DNA of 61,828 nt, filler included. It is 16 parts of 16 records of this genome, joined end to end, with 100 filler letters (N's around TTAATTAATTAA, not from the genome) between each part and the next. Parts side by side here need not be neighbours in the genome. Positions count along the whole stretch, not along the records: positions 1 to 3,531 come from SRR7504441_125862; positions 3,632 to 6,654 come from SRR7504441_125993; positions 6,755 to 11,223 come from SRR7504441_126177; positions 11,324 to 15,424 come from SRR7504441_126629; 12 more parts are not named here. One strand, written 5' to 3'. Numbering within the stretch: the first letter of the stretch is position 1; every line of letters starts with the position of its first letter. Below the pieces are notes generated by a model. That model worked only from the letters and a program-made list of their open reading frames with translations. It was not told where the DNA came from and made no database searches. Shown in pieces: positions 1 through 11,450 of this stretch. The position numbers and the translations under genes were made by a program.

Positions 1-127
1 GGTGTGCAAAGAGGTGCCGTGGTGTGCAAAAAGGTGTGCCAAAAGGTGCCGTGACCAGTGTATGACCAGTGTGCCTGCAACATTCCGATCCGGAAAATTT
101 GACCTGATGGCACGGTACAACACGACG

Positions 128-3100
128 CTACGGTACCTTCGAGCTGTTGGTGAGTTCAACTTTGATCACAGACATAGCCTCCGCAACCACGTCCTTAGCA
201 CACTCGGCATACGCCTCGAACACCTTGGGTGTGAAGAATTGTGCTGAGGTACCATGGCTCGGGAACTCGCCAAACACCCGAGTCCATGAATGGTTGTGAC
301 AGCACTCACAGCAGATGCCAGGAATCCGATGGTAGTCGTCAATGATCGACTTGACACCCTGAAGCCGGACGTAATGTATCACACCAGTGCCCAACAGCCA
401 TCCCTTATCTGTATGGTACGACACGAGCAGCGTGAAGTAGGGCGCGTCGATGTGCGCCTCCAGGTACTGCTCCACGTCCACCAGCTCTGAAATCTCAGGC
501 GGTGGCTGGAATGAGCACCGGATGATGTGGGCTGCTTGGTCGTCCGTGTGCTTGTTATCCAGTCCGGTCATCTCACTGTCCACCTCTTGTATGGCAGACC
601 GGATCCCCTGCCGAGCGCGCTCCATGGCCGTCTGCAACTGGCAGAAGGGATGATAATTGTCATCCTCGGCCATCGCATCACAGACCTGCCGAGCTTGAGC
701 CGGGCGCCTTGCTTGGCGAGTCTGGCCACCATTATGCTGGTGCAGCACCGCCTGAGCAACTCAACCAGACCTAGATTTCTGCACCCACACTCAGCCGTCT
801 GCACGATGACTTGCAGGTTACTCTATGTGTCCTCCATCGGATAGGTACAACAGCGGTGGCGGTTGAGGATGTTCCCAGACAGCACCGAGCGACTGCTGCA
901 CCTGCCGCCGATCTGAGGCGATGGCCAGTTGCCCGACCAAACCTGACGAACAGGGTATGAGTACAGGGACACGGCACCCAACTTGGTAAACGCTGACAGT
1001 AGCAGCAGTAGGAAGATTGAGTAGCCGATGTACAGCATTGCAGGGACATTGAAAATTTGGGCAAATAGCAACAAAAGCAGCACAGTCAAGTGGATGACTA
1101 TACAGAGCGTATAGCCTAACTTGCCGTGAGTAGACAGTGCGTGGAATTCAAACCTGTCATAGTATCACAATATCACAGGCTCTTCGAGGTCACCAGTCGC
1201 CGAGGCCCAGATTGAACAAGGTGAAAATGAATGACGAGAGCCCCTGCTGGTCGTAATCTCCTGAGTGCACGGCCAGTGCTGCAGCTGAGGCAGTCATTGC
1301 ATATGAGGCCGTCACTTGGGTGGACGGGTAGCATATGCCATCCTCAAGTGCCTCCATCCGGTTGGAGAGCGGAAGGTATCCGGTGCGGTATGAGCCTGCC
1401 GCCACTTGGGAGAATACAAAGGAGAAATAGTCGCGCTGGTCTTCAGCGAGTTTGAGCACTTGAGGGTTGCGATATGCGTGCGCAACCGTCTGTGAGAGGA
1501 ATACAGGTTGGTATAGTGATGAGTTGCCACCAGTGGCGCCGTACTGTGTAATTCCTACTGTCTCTGCTCGAGGCTCGAAGCAGACACCCTCGCTAGCCTG
1601 CAGCCAACTGTTAACGCCAGCAAGTGCACAAAAGGACCTCAGCCATATTTATGTCCTTGCCATTATGATAGAAAGCTGAATAGAGCCTGTATCTGAAGAC
1701 TCTGTTCACAAGACAGACTACTTTGGAATATGAGAACGGATGGCCCGGGATGGTGAAGACAATTAGCCCTGCGATCGAGGAGTAATAGAAGGCCTCAAAC
1801 CGGTCCTCCGAGTAGTCTCCGAGCATCCAGGAGTCATCGTGCATGATCCGCCAACTGCACACCCTCGCTCAGCCCGACAGTGTGGCCCACCGAGTGGTGT
1901 TGGCGATGACCAGCAGGATAACAAATGGAATCAGGAAGAGCGGCAGGTGTGAAGTGGCATGACTCAGGTGAAAGATGATGATCAAGAACACCTGTGCAGG
2001 CTCAGCCTGCAAGATTGAGACTTCCTACCACTAAGTACGCCGTCACGATGAAAAAATGCCGGGTATCCAGCTGATACATCAGGAGCGACGCCAGAACCAC
2101 CCCAAATATCACAATGAACGCACCCACGACCGAGAGCAGCACAGCAGTGCACTTCTGCAGTGAGAAGCACAGTCCCCGACCTCTCGCAACAGACGTCATC
2201 ACTTTGAGCAATAGCAGGGAGCCGAACGAGATCAGCGGGATCAAGAAGAGCAGGAGCACGCTTTGGTTGTTGTTGAGGGTCTGCTCATGATCTGACATGT
2301 AGTCACTGGCCGTCCAGTGAGAGCATGCATCGAGCAGGCTCAAATCACCGGAGAGGCTTTCCGGCAATTTTATCCAATAGAAGCGCCAGAGGAAAGGAGA
2401 GAAAAAAGAACCGGACCAGATTGCTCAGCAGGGCCAGCACGACCGAGAATATCACAAAGATGTGGTAGACTCCCCGCCAGAACCCAGCACACCCAGGTCC
2501 CTGAACCCCAGCCGGTGAGGCCAGCGAGCCCATGGGGGCGCACCGCTGAGAAGAGGTATCCGGCGTTGTCGATCATTCGGCGCCGCAGTTGCTCCACCAC
2601 GCGTGAATAGTATCCGTCTATATTGCTCTGCCTTTCCTCTTCAGTCGGCGGCAAACCCTGCAGCCAGGTCGCCCGAGCTGACCAAAGCCGGCGATACCTT
2701 GATGTGTGACATGTAGGACAGCGCGGTGAACCCTCCCCCCGAGACCGAGCTCATAAAGTCTATATGCTTGAGCACACCAGCCTCAGCGAGCGCTGTTAGT
2801 GCACCACACGCAAATGCAGCCGACCTGACACCTGCTGACGCTGTTAGCGGCGGCCAGTAATGGCTGCGCACCACCACCGCTGAATGAGATGCCCATGGTG
2901 CTAGCCTTGCGTACTGACGGCGGTAGAGTCGACTCCTTCCGAACCTGCCGACCGCTTAGCCACCACCATGGGGCCGCTGCCTGAATCAGCAGCCGCTCTC
3001 TCTCGAAGACTTCGGTCTCCGACATAATGTCCTGCGGCAAGTCCGCCAGGTGCTCCAGCCTGTCCCGGCTCGGCCCCGGCTCCCACATTCCACCGCACTT

Positions 3101-3343
3101 GTTCTGCAGGTTGTTGCTGACTCGCTGGGTCATTTCTCCCAGGAAACTCCGCGACGCGTAGCTCTCCTTCCGCGACGCGTTCTCCCGGAATCCCGACGGT
3201 GACCCGCCATTCAGCGTCCACTGGGGCTCGCCCTCCCCCGGGCTTGCCGCCGGGTCGAGCCCTAGGGCGGGCTTTGCTGAGATCCGGCCGGACTCGCTGG
3301 TGCTCTTGATCAGCGGCGAGAGCGCGTCGCCGTCGGTTCTCAT
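128..3343 (-). CDS. Multi-pass membrane patatin-like phospholipase (intron-containing)
   Basis: Removing ~40-nt GT-AG introns restores GISFSGGG|VRSAAFACG (oxyanion motif), SSVSGGG (nucleophile Ser), LYLSDGGHIE|NLGLVELLRR (catalytic Asp), AMTASAAA...LFNLGLGDW and C-terminal FPSHGTSAQFFTPKVFEAY. Several hydrophobic segments lie between them. ATG at 3343 is inferred; TAG at 128-130. Confidence 0.8.
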
Positions 3344-3531
3344 TCGGAGATCGACTGCTGAGGGCGGGGTCGCCGCGTCGTGGGCTGCAGGGTTGGCTCT
3401 CGACCCTCTCGGCTCTGAACAAATCGCCGCGCCGCCGACGCGTCGACCCAGAACTCCGTGCAAGCAGTCTACCAAGTATTAGTACCAAGTAGTAATAATT
3501 CGATTTTACAATTCTTACACAAGGGAAAAGT

Positions 3532-3631
3532 NNNNNNNNNNNNNNNNNNNNNNNNNNNNNNNNNNNNNNNNNNNNTTAATTAATTAANNNNNNNNNNNNN
3601 NNNNNNNNNNNNNNNNNNNNNNNNNNNNNNN
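3532..3631. other. Artificial contig-joining spacer (first of 15)
   Basis: 44 N + TTAATTAATTAA (stops in all six frames) + 44 N. Identical spacers start at 6655, 11224, 15425, 19597, 22724, 26795, 33022, 36144, 39246, 43688, 47396, 51463, 54622 and 58424. Confidence 0.99.
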
Positions 3632-3881
3632 TCGGGTCAAGCTCGGCCACCGGGCAGCGCTGGTCCGGCGATCGGCCAGGCCCGCCCGGCTCGCTGGCCG
3701 CCAGCTCGATCGCGCTCACCTCGATCGCGCTCACCTGCCCGCTCCGATCACACACAGATCATTGTGAGCCGATCATTGCGTGAGTGACAGCCGCTGGAAA
3801 TTTAGTACTTTTTTGTCCCTCAAGTGCAGCTCCCTGCTGGCCGCCCCTGGCCCTGTGCGCGGCACGCTCGCACGTGCACGG

Positions 3882-6654
3882 ATGGCAGGGTCGGGAGGGA
3901 AGAAGAAGGAGCGGCAGGCCACCTGCGTCGAGATCCTGGTGTTCATCATCTGGTACGTGCTGGTCGTGGTCAGCCCCGCCCGGCGCTGTCGGCCGGACCG
4001 AGCTGGCAGGTGCTCATCATGTCGCAGTACGAGACCGACGGCTACAACAGCGCCAGCACCATCCGCGGTGCCCGGCCCGGCGGGCGGCCCCGAGCGCCCG
4101 GTCCAGCCAACCTGGTCACCGCCAAGATGTCCTCGTACGTGGATAGCGGGATGGCGGAGGTCGTCTCGCCGAATTCGTTCCATCAGGCGGCCCAGGCGGC
4201 ATGCCCCCGGGCCAGCCGGGCTGGCAGTGGGGTGCGGAGGTGTTCGTGCCCTGGGTGGTCGGGCTGGGCAACCCGGACTACACGGGCAGCTGCCAGGTGG
4301 GCCAGGCCAGCCAGGCCGCCTGGGACTGGAGGTCCAGCCCCGCCGGCTGGGGCTGGCTGATCCGTCGGGGCAGGAGTGTGTGCACCTCGAGCCAGAAGTT
4401 CCTCCGTGCCGGTCCGATCATGTGGATGCAGGCACCCGCCGGCCGGGCCTGCTGAGTGTGCTGCCCCAGACCGGAAGCGGTGAGCTGCCCATCCGCTGGA
4501 ACCAAAGCGCCGCAGAGCAGCTCCCCTACCAAGATCTTGACAGCAGCTACGAGTGGCACGGCCGGTTCGGGAGCTTCGCGTCCGCGGGCTATTTCAGGAT
4601 GTGGCCGGTCGGAATTACGTACCAGCAGGCGCAGGAGGACGTGCGGTCGGCCGCTGGGAGAGCCGTGACAGCGGGCAGATGGCGGCAATGGGATGCTCGG
4701 TCTACACCGGGGCGGGCAGCTGCGCCGGGTGCCGGCAGCTGGATGAGGACGCGTTCTTCAACACGTGCTTTGGGTGTGATTGCGAGAACGAAGCTACGGT
4801 GCGCCTCGCACATGCCAGGCAGACAGCTGGCCAGGTCCAAAGGAACGGTTACCGGAGCAGCTTTTACAACCCACTGTACTCCAACACCATAACCGCTACA
4901 ACCGTATTTGACAATGACGGACGGTGGGCGGCCACCGGGCAGTCGCTTGAGGCGCTGCAGGCTCATTATCTTCAACGCGATATTCGAGATCAGCGAGCCG
5001 TTCAGAGGCTGGGGGTAACCGGCCCACCCGGCGGCACGCGAGGGCGTGCAGCTTCTCGGCATCGTACCAGCTCTTCTCGCTCCAGGAGATCTCGCTGGCT
5101 TACTTTGTGCTCGTGTATTTGATCGTTCTGTCTTCGCTTATTTTCACGATCATGACGGTGCGGGCTGGCGGCGCTGGGGTAGATTGGTGCTGGCTAGATC
5201 AAGGACCAGAAGTGGACGTACTTCGGGACGATCTGGAACTGGTTCGACGTGATCAACATGGTGCTGTTCATCGTGAGCGCTGTCTACTCGTTCATGTTCA
5301 TGGTGCCCCGGCTCCGGCTGCTGCCCCGAGCTCTCGGCCAGTCAAAGTATAGCGAGCTCTCGGATAAAGCGGGCGACGCTATAGACGCTGAGGCGATGGT
5401 GCTGATGCTGCAGGCCGCTCGCGAGCAGAAAGTGATCATGGGGCTGTGCGTGGGCCGCGGTTAGGTCGGTTTAGCTCGGGGCAGGTATGGAGTGAATCAA
5501 CTGATTATGAACGTTAAGCTGATCAAATACGTGCAAGCGATGGACTTCATCCCAGGACTGGCCATGCCGATAGCCGCGCTGCAGGAGGCTGGGATTGAAA
5601 TGGTCGCCTTCCTGATCACGCTGATCATCACTTGTCTCGGGTTCGCTCAGACGTTCACTGCGTGGTGGGCTCTGGCTCGGTGTGAGAGGTTAGCTCCGGG
5701 TGCAGGTATGGTAATCAGGTGGAGGCCTTCCGAGACTCGGGCACCTCGATCGTCACGATGCTGCTGGCGCTGTCTGGCTACCCCAACTTCGAGGATCTCG
5801 GGGCCCAGAGCTGGCAGTATGTGATGCAAATGGTGCGTCCTAGCAAGCGTTGCTCGAGCCAGCCTCGGGGCAGGTTGGGGTGACAGTGCTCGCGCTGTAC
5901 TGCTACTTGTTTATATTCTTCTTCCTGGTGATGCTCGTGGCGATTCAGCTGGTGGCGTACAACAAGGTGCGCCCTGGCAGTCAGCGAGCTGCAGCTTGCT
6001 AGCAGGTGAGGCACGCGTACATCCGGGAGGGCAAGCGCTTCCTCACAATCGGCCAATTCTTCAAGCTGCTCAAGAAGCGATTCGGGCAAGCCAAACAGGA
6101 GGTCTGCCCAGGATTCGGCCGGGGTTGAGCCGAGGCAGGTGGAGGAGAGGTATGCGGGGAGTTGGTGCAGCTGGATTAAGAACTGGCTCAAGAATTACTG
6201 GAAGGAGAACTTTTCAGACCTTAGCACCAACGAGTACGGGCGGGAGCCGCAGGACGGCGGGGAGACCATGGGCGGCGAGGAGAAGAAGCTGCCGCTGTAT
6301 GAGTCGAATAGACTGGCCAAGGAGGCCGGGGCGCTCCAGACGCTCAGGGGCATGTTTGAGGCGCACGACCGTGCGTGCCAAGCCGGTGGCCGGGTATGAG
6401 TGGCCGGACAGAGCTCAGTTCGGTGCTTGAGGGAGTGAGTCAGCAACTGGTGGAAGAGGAGGTGGATCCGGAGGAAGAGGGGTTCGAAGAGGAGAGCCGA
6501 TGCTGTGGGCTGTGTAAGAAGAGTGCGCGGGCAGACACTTGTGCGTCCTGAGGCTGTTTGCTGGACAGAGAAAGAGGATGACGAGGCTGACCTGGCAGAG
6601 GATATAGACACCGGCGTCGAAATGGAGACTAAAATCAGTTTTGACGATCCTGTC
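3882..6654 (+). CDS. Polycystin-2 (TRPP/PKD2)-like cation channel, 3'-truncated, many short introns
   Basis: S1 (VEILVFIIWYVLVV|VLIM), a long extracellular loop with HGRFGSFASAGYF and SFYNPLYSN, YFGTIWNWFDVINMVLFIVS, VKLIKYVQ...ALQEAGIEMVAFLITLIITCLGFAQTF and pore YGNQVEAFRDSGTSIVTMLLALSGYPNF. The frame runs into the contig end. Confidence 0.72.
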
Positions 6655-6953
6655 NNNNNNNNNNNNNNNNNNNNNNNNNNNNNNNNNNNNNNNNNNNNTT
6701 AATTAATTAANNNNNNNNNNNNNNNNNNNNNNNNNNNNNNNNNNNNNNNNNNNNTACTAGAGTACTCGTAGGATCGAGAATAACAACTAGCAACCATCTA
6801 GCTGACAAGCAGACAGCTGCAGCCGCACCAAGTAGCCGAGGTAAGCCGAGGTAAGCCGAGTCCTGATGATACTGTTGCTCACGCCGGCAAAGCTTACATT
6901 ATTCAAGTACGCATTCGAAGTATTGTATACATGCATAATATGAATCTATAGAA

Positions 6954-9900
6954 CTATGTGATTGCCATATTCACCGGCCCGTAGCCGTGTTGTGATTGGT
7001 CACTATTACCCGAGACAACCCACTTACCTCCTTCAGCTGAAGCACACGAACCCAAGATATTCACCGCCTCGCCTTGTGGCATTAGCCAGGGCGAGCCACC
7101 ATCGTGACCGTCACTATTTGGGGCACAAGGGCCGACCTCCGCGTTAAAATAGAAAGGTCCTCCATTGGGCGTTTCCATGGACGCCAGGATGTACTCACCC
7201 GATGAAAGCAGGACCGGAGGGATCACCTCTTGCCACACAAATCCAGCACGATCCAGCACTCCTGTCTGGATGTCTATTGTGGCTGAAGCCGCCACACCGC
7301 CTGAGGACGCAAAGAGGGACACATTGTGTGGCGCAGTGCTGTTAGCTACCCGAAAGCGAGCCAGTGCTGTCAGCTTTGCCGGTCTGGAGAGTCGCACTTT
7401 GACACCGAACCAACGTGAGCCGTTGGCAAGGGACAGCGAAGAGAGGCCTGCGTTCGTGTTGATGAGTGCAAACGCAGCTCCAGGAGGTGGCGCGACAGCT
7501 AGCGGTACAATAGAAACGTTGGCATAATATGCCGTGTTCCAGCCGCTGCCCAACCCAGCAAGCCCGTGGTCGAAGCTGCCATCCGCTGACTGTGAGAGCA
7601 TAAGATTATCATCTATGTAGGCAGATATAGCGCTTCCATTCATTGCCAAGCGCAGCAAGTGCCAATCGTCAATCTTGAAATGATCTCCAAGTTGGCCTGA
7701 GCCAAGCACAAGCTCCTTCGGCTGTGCTCCATCCGACATGTTCTGACCCAGGCGATAGCCTGCACGAGCCACCAAGCGCCACATTGGCTTCACACTCGGT
7801 GAAGGTGGAGGCGGAGCTGTGCCATGTGGGGCTTGAAGACATCCGCCGAGGCCAGAGACCAAATGTGAGATGTTGCTCAAGCTCCACAGCTCATTGCCTT
7901 GGGTGCTGAGTCGACAGGACCAAGTGTCCACGAGCTTTGGGGTGGGCGACCCCATGTTGACCTCGACGCAGGGCGACGTTGCTGTCGTTGGCCCATCAAA
8001 TTGAATCCATTGGTTGGATCCGTTTTCTCCAGCCTCAAGTGCGGTTCGCCATCGCTGTGTCGGCAGAGGTGGATCCTTACACTCAGTCAGTGTCAGTGGG
8101 GACCCGTTCGGAATGGAGGGGCATGGTGGCAGTGGTGGCAGGCCACAGTCTGCAGGCACGATGCTGGCTATAGGCAGGGTGAGGCAGCGTCCGTCATTTT
8201 GCACTGTATTGCCGTGAACTGTCCATCGCTGAGCATCAGAGACCGCGCTGCACGGCTCAAGCTTCGGGGTCAGGCTCGAGGGAGGGGGCGGTGGCGGCGG
8301 AGAGCCTGCACGCAGCTCGAGGCAGTATCCAGTCTGAGTCGGCCCAAACGAGCGGTAGAGCTTGGCCATCCTGCCACAGACGGATGCGTAGGCAGCAGAC
8401 GGGTTTGATGAATTGGCGAGTTCTACCCTGACGTGGGAGACCCTGGGGCGAGTATGGCCAGGGGCTCGTTGTCCAGGAAATGCCAGACAAGAGGTGGTTG
8501 AAATGCCCATTGCCGCAACGCCTTGAGTCCACCGCTTTTGCTGTCTTTGGCAATTGAAAACGACCCTTCGTAGTTGTTGAGGAAGCGTGGCATGGCATCT
8601 ATTGGCTCAGAAGAGTAGTCGGAAATCAGCGGCAATGGGAACTGTGGAGTGACAGTGGGTGCTGGCAGCGGTGGACTAGGGTGCAGCTGTGGAGCTGGAA
8701 GTGTCGTGATGGTGTACATGTGCCCAGCAACCAGTGGCAGGCTGCAACCAATGCCTGGATTGCAATCTAAATCCGGTTGCCGCTGCATCAGTGCTGCTGG
8801 CTTGCAAAGCTCACAGTCATTTCCTGCGTATGCCAGTGCTACTGGGTCCAATCGACTCTCGTACACCCGAAGTTTAGAGCTTGCAGGCGACTGCTTGGGC
8901 ACCAGAGTTATGGTGCTGTTGGGAACAGTTGAAAACAACGACTCGATCACCACAGTGAAGTGTCCCGTAGCCGGCTCCACCCATGTAACTGCAGCACCCA
9001 CGCCTGCGATGGATCCAGATCCTCGCCCATCCTGCAACTGAAACATGCCTGGCCTGGTAAACCAAGTGTAGTGAGCTGTTGCCGCGAGATTTGGAGCCCT
9101 CGCCTGAAATCGGCCAGACCAGGGCTGATCAGCTCGCAGCAATCCTGCTCCGTTGCAGATCGTGCCCGGGTAGGCGGACCATATCAGGCTCCACCGAATA
9201 GTGGCGGTGACATTGAGCGCGAGCCAGTTGGCGGTGTGCGTTGCGCCCCACTGCTGGGCGCCGCTCATACTGGCCGGTAAATTGCCATCCTCTGATGCCC
9301 ACAGTTTAGGCCGGGCGTTTTGGTCCAAATTCAAGTAGCCTGGCAGCCACGAGGCTCCACCAGCCTTGGTGGGACCTCCGTGGAATCCAAACGCGTGCAC
9401 AGCCCGCATGAGGGTCTGATCTGCAGCCATGGCCGGCACGAGCTGAGCCGCCGCACCCTCGCCCGAGTCGAGCGCAACCAGCTTGGTAGAGCCAAACCCA
9501 GCTCGGTCCAGCTGGCCCCGCAGCGCTAGAATGTACTCCGGTGGGGCCAGCGCTCCTGGCTCATTCCAGAACCCTAGGTAGTCGATCGCGGTTATGTTCC
9601 AACGGTCACGCGCCCCTCGCAGCCAGTCGAGAGTGTAACGCCGGTTGGCTGGAGAGTAGTCAGCTCGGGCGTCAGTCACACTCCCGTTGCCAACCCAGCC
9701 GGGCACAGACCATTCGAGCGCATACAGCTTGATCTGTGGGTTGCGCTGGCGGGCTGCAGCCATCAGCCTGTACTCATACCCGCGGTTGTAGCTCAGGTCG
9801 CCCGGAAAGTGCTCGTGGCTGCTCTCGGAGCCGCAGGTGGACTGGACGTCGCCCGGGATCTCCACCTTGAGGATCTGCAGGCTGGCCCCTCCCGGGTAAT

Positions 9901-10102
9901 ACGGGGTAAACAGCAAGTCCAGGATCCGGTTTAGCCTCGCCGGCTCGTAGTCGAACAACAGCGCCGCGTCCGCACCGGCGCTCAGCGCCCCGAGGCCCTC
10001 CCACGGCAGCCACCGGTCAAACCCGGTCAGGTCGATCGGCAGCCGAAATGCCCAGCACCGGGCCGCCAGCGCCAACACGCAAAGCACCGGGCTGCGCAGC
10101 AT
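6954..10102 (-). CDS. GALC: GH59 galactocerebrosidase-like enzyme with inserted ricin-B lectin domain and extra C-terminal beta domain; frame discontinuity near 8423-8510
   Basis: Signal peptide MLRSPVLCVLALAARCWA; GASLQILKVEIPGDVQSTCGSESSHEH, YNRGYEYRLM..A..RNPQIKLY.L.WSVPGW; catalytic WNEP and WASED. The second ORF (6954-8510) has QRW/ELW and paired-Cys ricin motifs and the GH59 lectin-domain end WHLLRLAMNGSAISAYID...GLAGLGSGWNTAYY. Confidence 0.88.
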
Positions 10103-10192
10103 TGGCTGTCTAATGCCACGCCAGCAGCCTGGTTGGGCCAGCTGAAGGAGGCGAATAACGGACATAACGCTTCAGCGGCCCTCGGGCGTGCA

Positions 10193-11066
10193 ATGGCGGC
10201 TCAGGTCCGGTTCACGGCGGATCCGGACCTGGGGCGGGGCTGGTGGGGGCCGTCCACCTCGACGATCGACTGGTGCGAGGCCAACTACGCGGTGAGCAGC
10301 CTGGTGGCCGAGTGGTGGAACACCATCAGCAACTTGGCCATCGTAGTCGCCGGGCTGTGGGCCATCCGCTGGCTGCGCAGGGAACGGGCCGAGGCCCGGT
10401 TCTTTGTGCAGGCGGCCGGGATAGTGCTGGTGGGACTGGGGTCGGCGCTCTTCCACGGCACGCTGCTGTATTCGATGCAGCTGCTCGATGAGCTGCCGAT
10501 GATTTATTTGCTGTCCACCTGGTGGTTTGTGTGGGCCGAGGCCGGCAGGCCGGTGCCGCGCCTCTGGCTGATGCCGGCGCTGCTCGCGATGGACGCGGGG
10601 CTGACAGTGCTGCATGCGGGGCTCGGGTTCACCACCATCTTCCAATTGTTCTTCGGGCTGATGGTGGTCGTGGGCTTGTGCTTTGTCGGCCAGGCGCTCC
10701 AGCGGGGCGGGCGCACCAGGCGAGCCGCCATGGCCGACCGAGCTCACTGAGGCGGGCAGGTACGAGACTCAGCAGATGCGGCTGCTGGCTGGTGGTTACG
10801 TCGGGTTTCTCGTGCTCGCGTTTGGGTGCTGGCTCGCGGACCAGGGGTTCTGCCAGCAGTTTCACCGATCGGGGATCAACCCGCAGCTGCACGCCTGGTG
10901 GCACGTTCTGATCGGAGTGAACGCGCTGTTTGCGGTGCCTTTGGCGTACTTTCACCGGGCGTACTCGCTGCCACTGGCCAGTAAAGGCCCCAAGGTGGAG
11001 TGGACTGCGTGCACTCCGGACGTGCTGCCTCTAGTTGTCAGACTGCCCAGCGTGCACACCGTCTAA
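10193..11066 (+). CDS. ACER3: Alkaline ceramidase (ACER3/CREST family), one 40-nt GC-AG intron at 10720-10759
   Basis: WGPSTSTIDWCEANY, EWWNTISN, GLGSALFHGTL, QLLDELPM and LHAWWHVL Zn-binding motifs. Removing the intron joins ORFs 10133-10750 and 10683-11066 in frame. Confidence 0.92.
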
Positions 11067-11450
11067 CCGATAACACTCCGCATTGCATTGTAATACATCG
11101 TTAAACCTATTTCATGCCTCCTACGCATCTCTCACCGGCTTCATGTGCCCAATGACAAATGTCCGTTATTAACCGGCTCAACATTGGTGCCGCCGCCATG
11201 GAGCCGGGCGAGTTCGAGTGTAANNNNNNNNNNNNNNNNNNNNNNNNNNNNNNNNNNNNNNNNNNNNTTAATTAATTAANNNNNNNNNNNNNNNNNNNNN
11301 NNNNNNNNNNNNNNNNNNNNNNNGCTCACGCGCCTCGCCGCTCATCCGGCCGCAGCGCCACCTGCAACCCAGTGCTCCCTCCTTTTTTGAGATGCAAAAC
11401 GGCCGCGTCACAAATCTCTCGCGGGCAGTTGTGGGGTCGGGTCGTAGGAG

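Noticed and set aside
1-75. Degenerate GGTGTGCAAA / TGACCAGTG repeats at window start
   Set aside because: Too short and truncated to assign a function.
3773-6611. Many long overlapping or antisense Arg/Pro/Gly-rich ORFs as overlapping genes
   Set aside because: These are the shadow ORFs expected in GC-rich coding DNA, with no domain signal.
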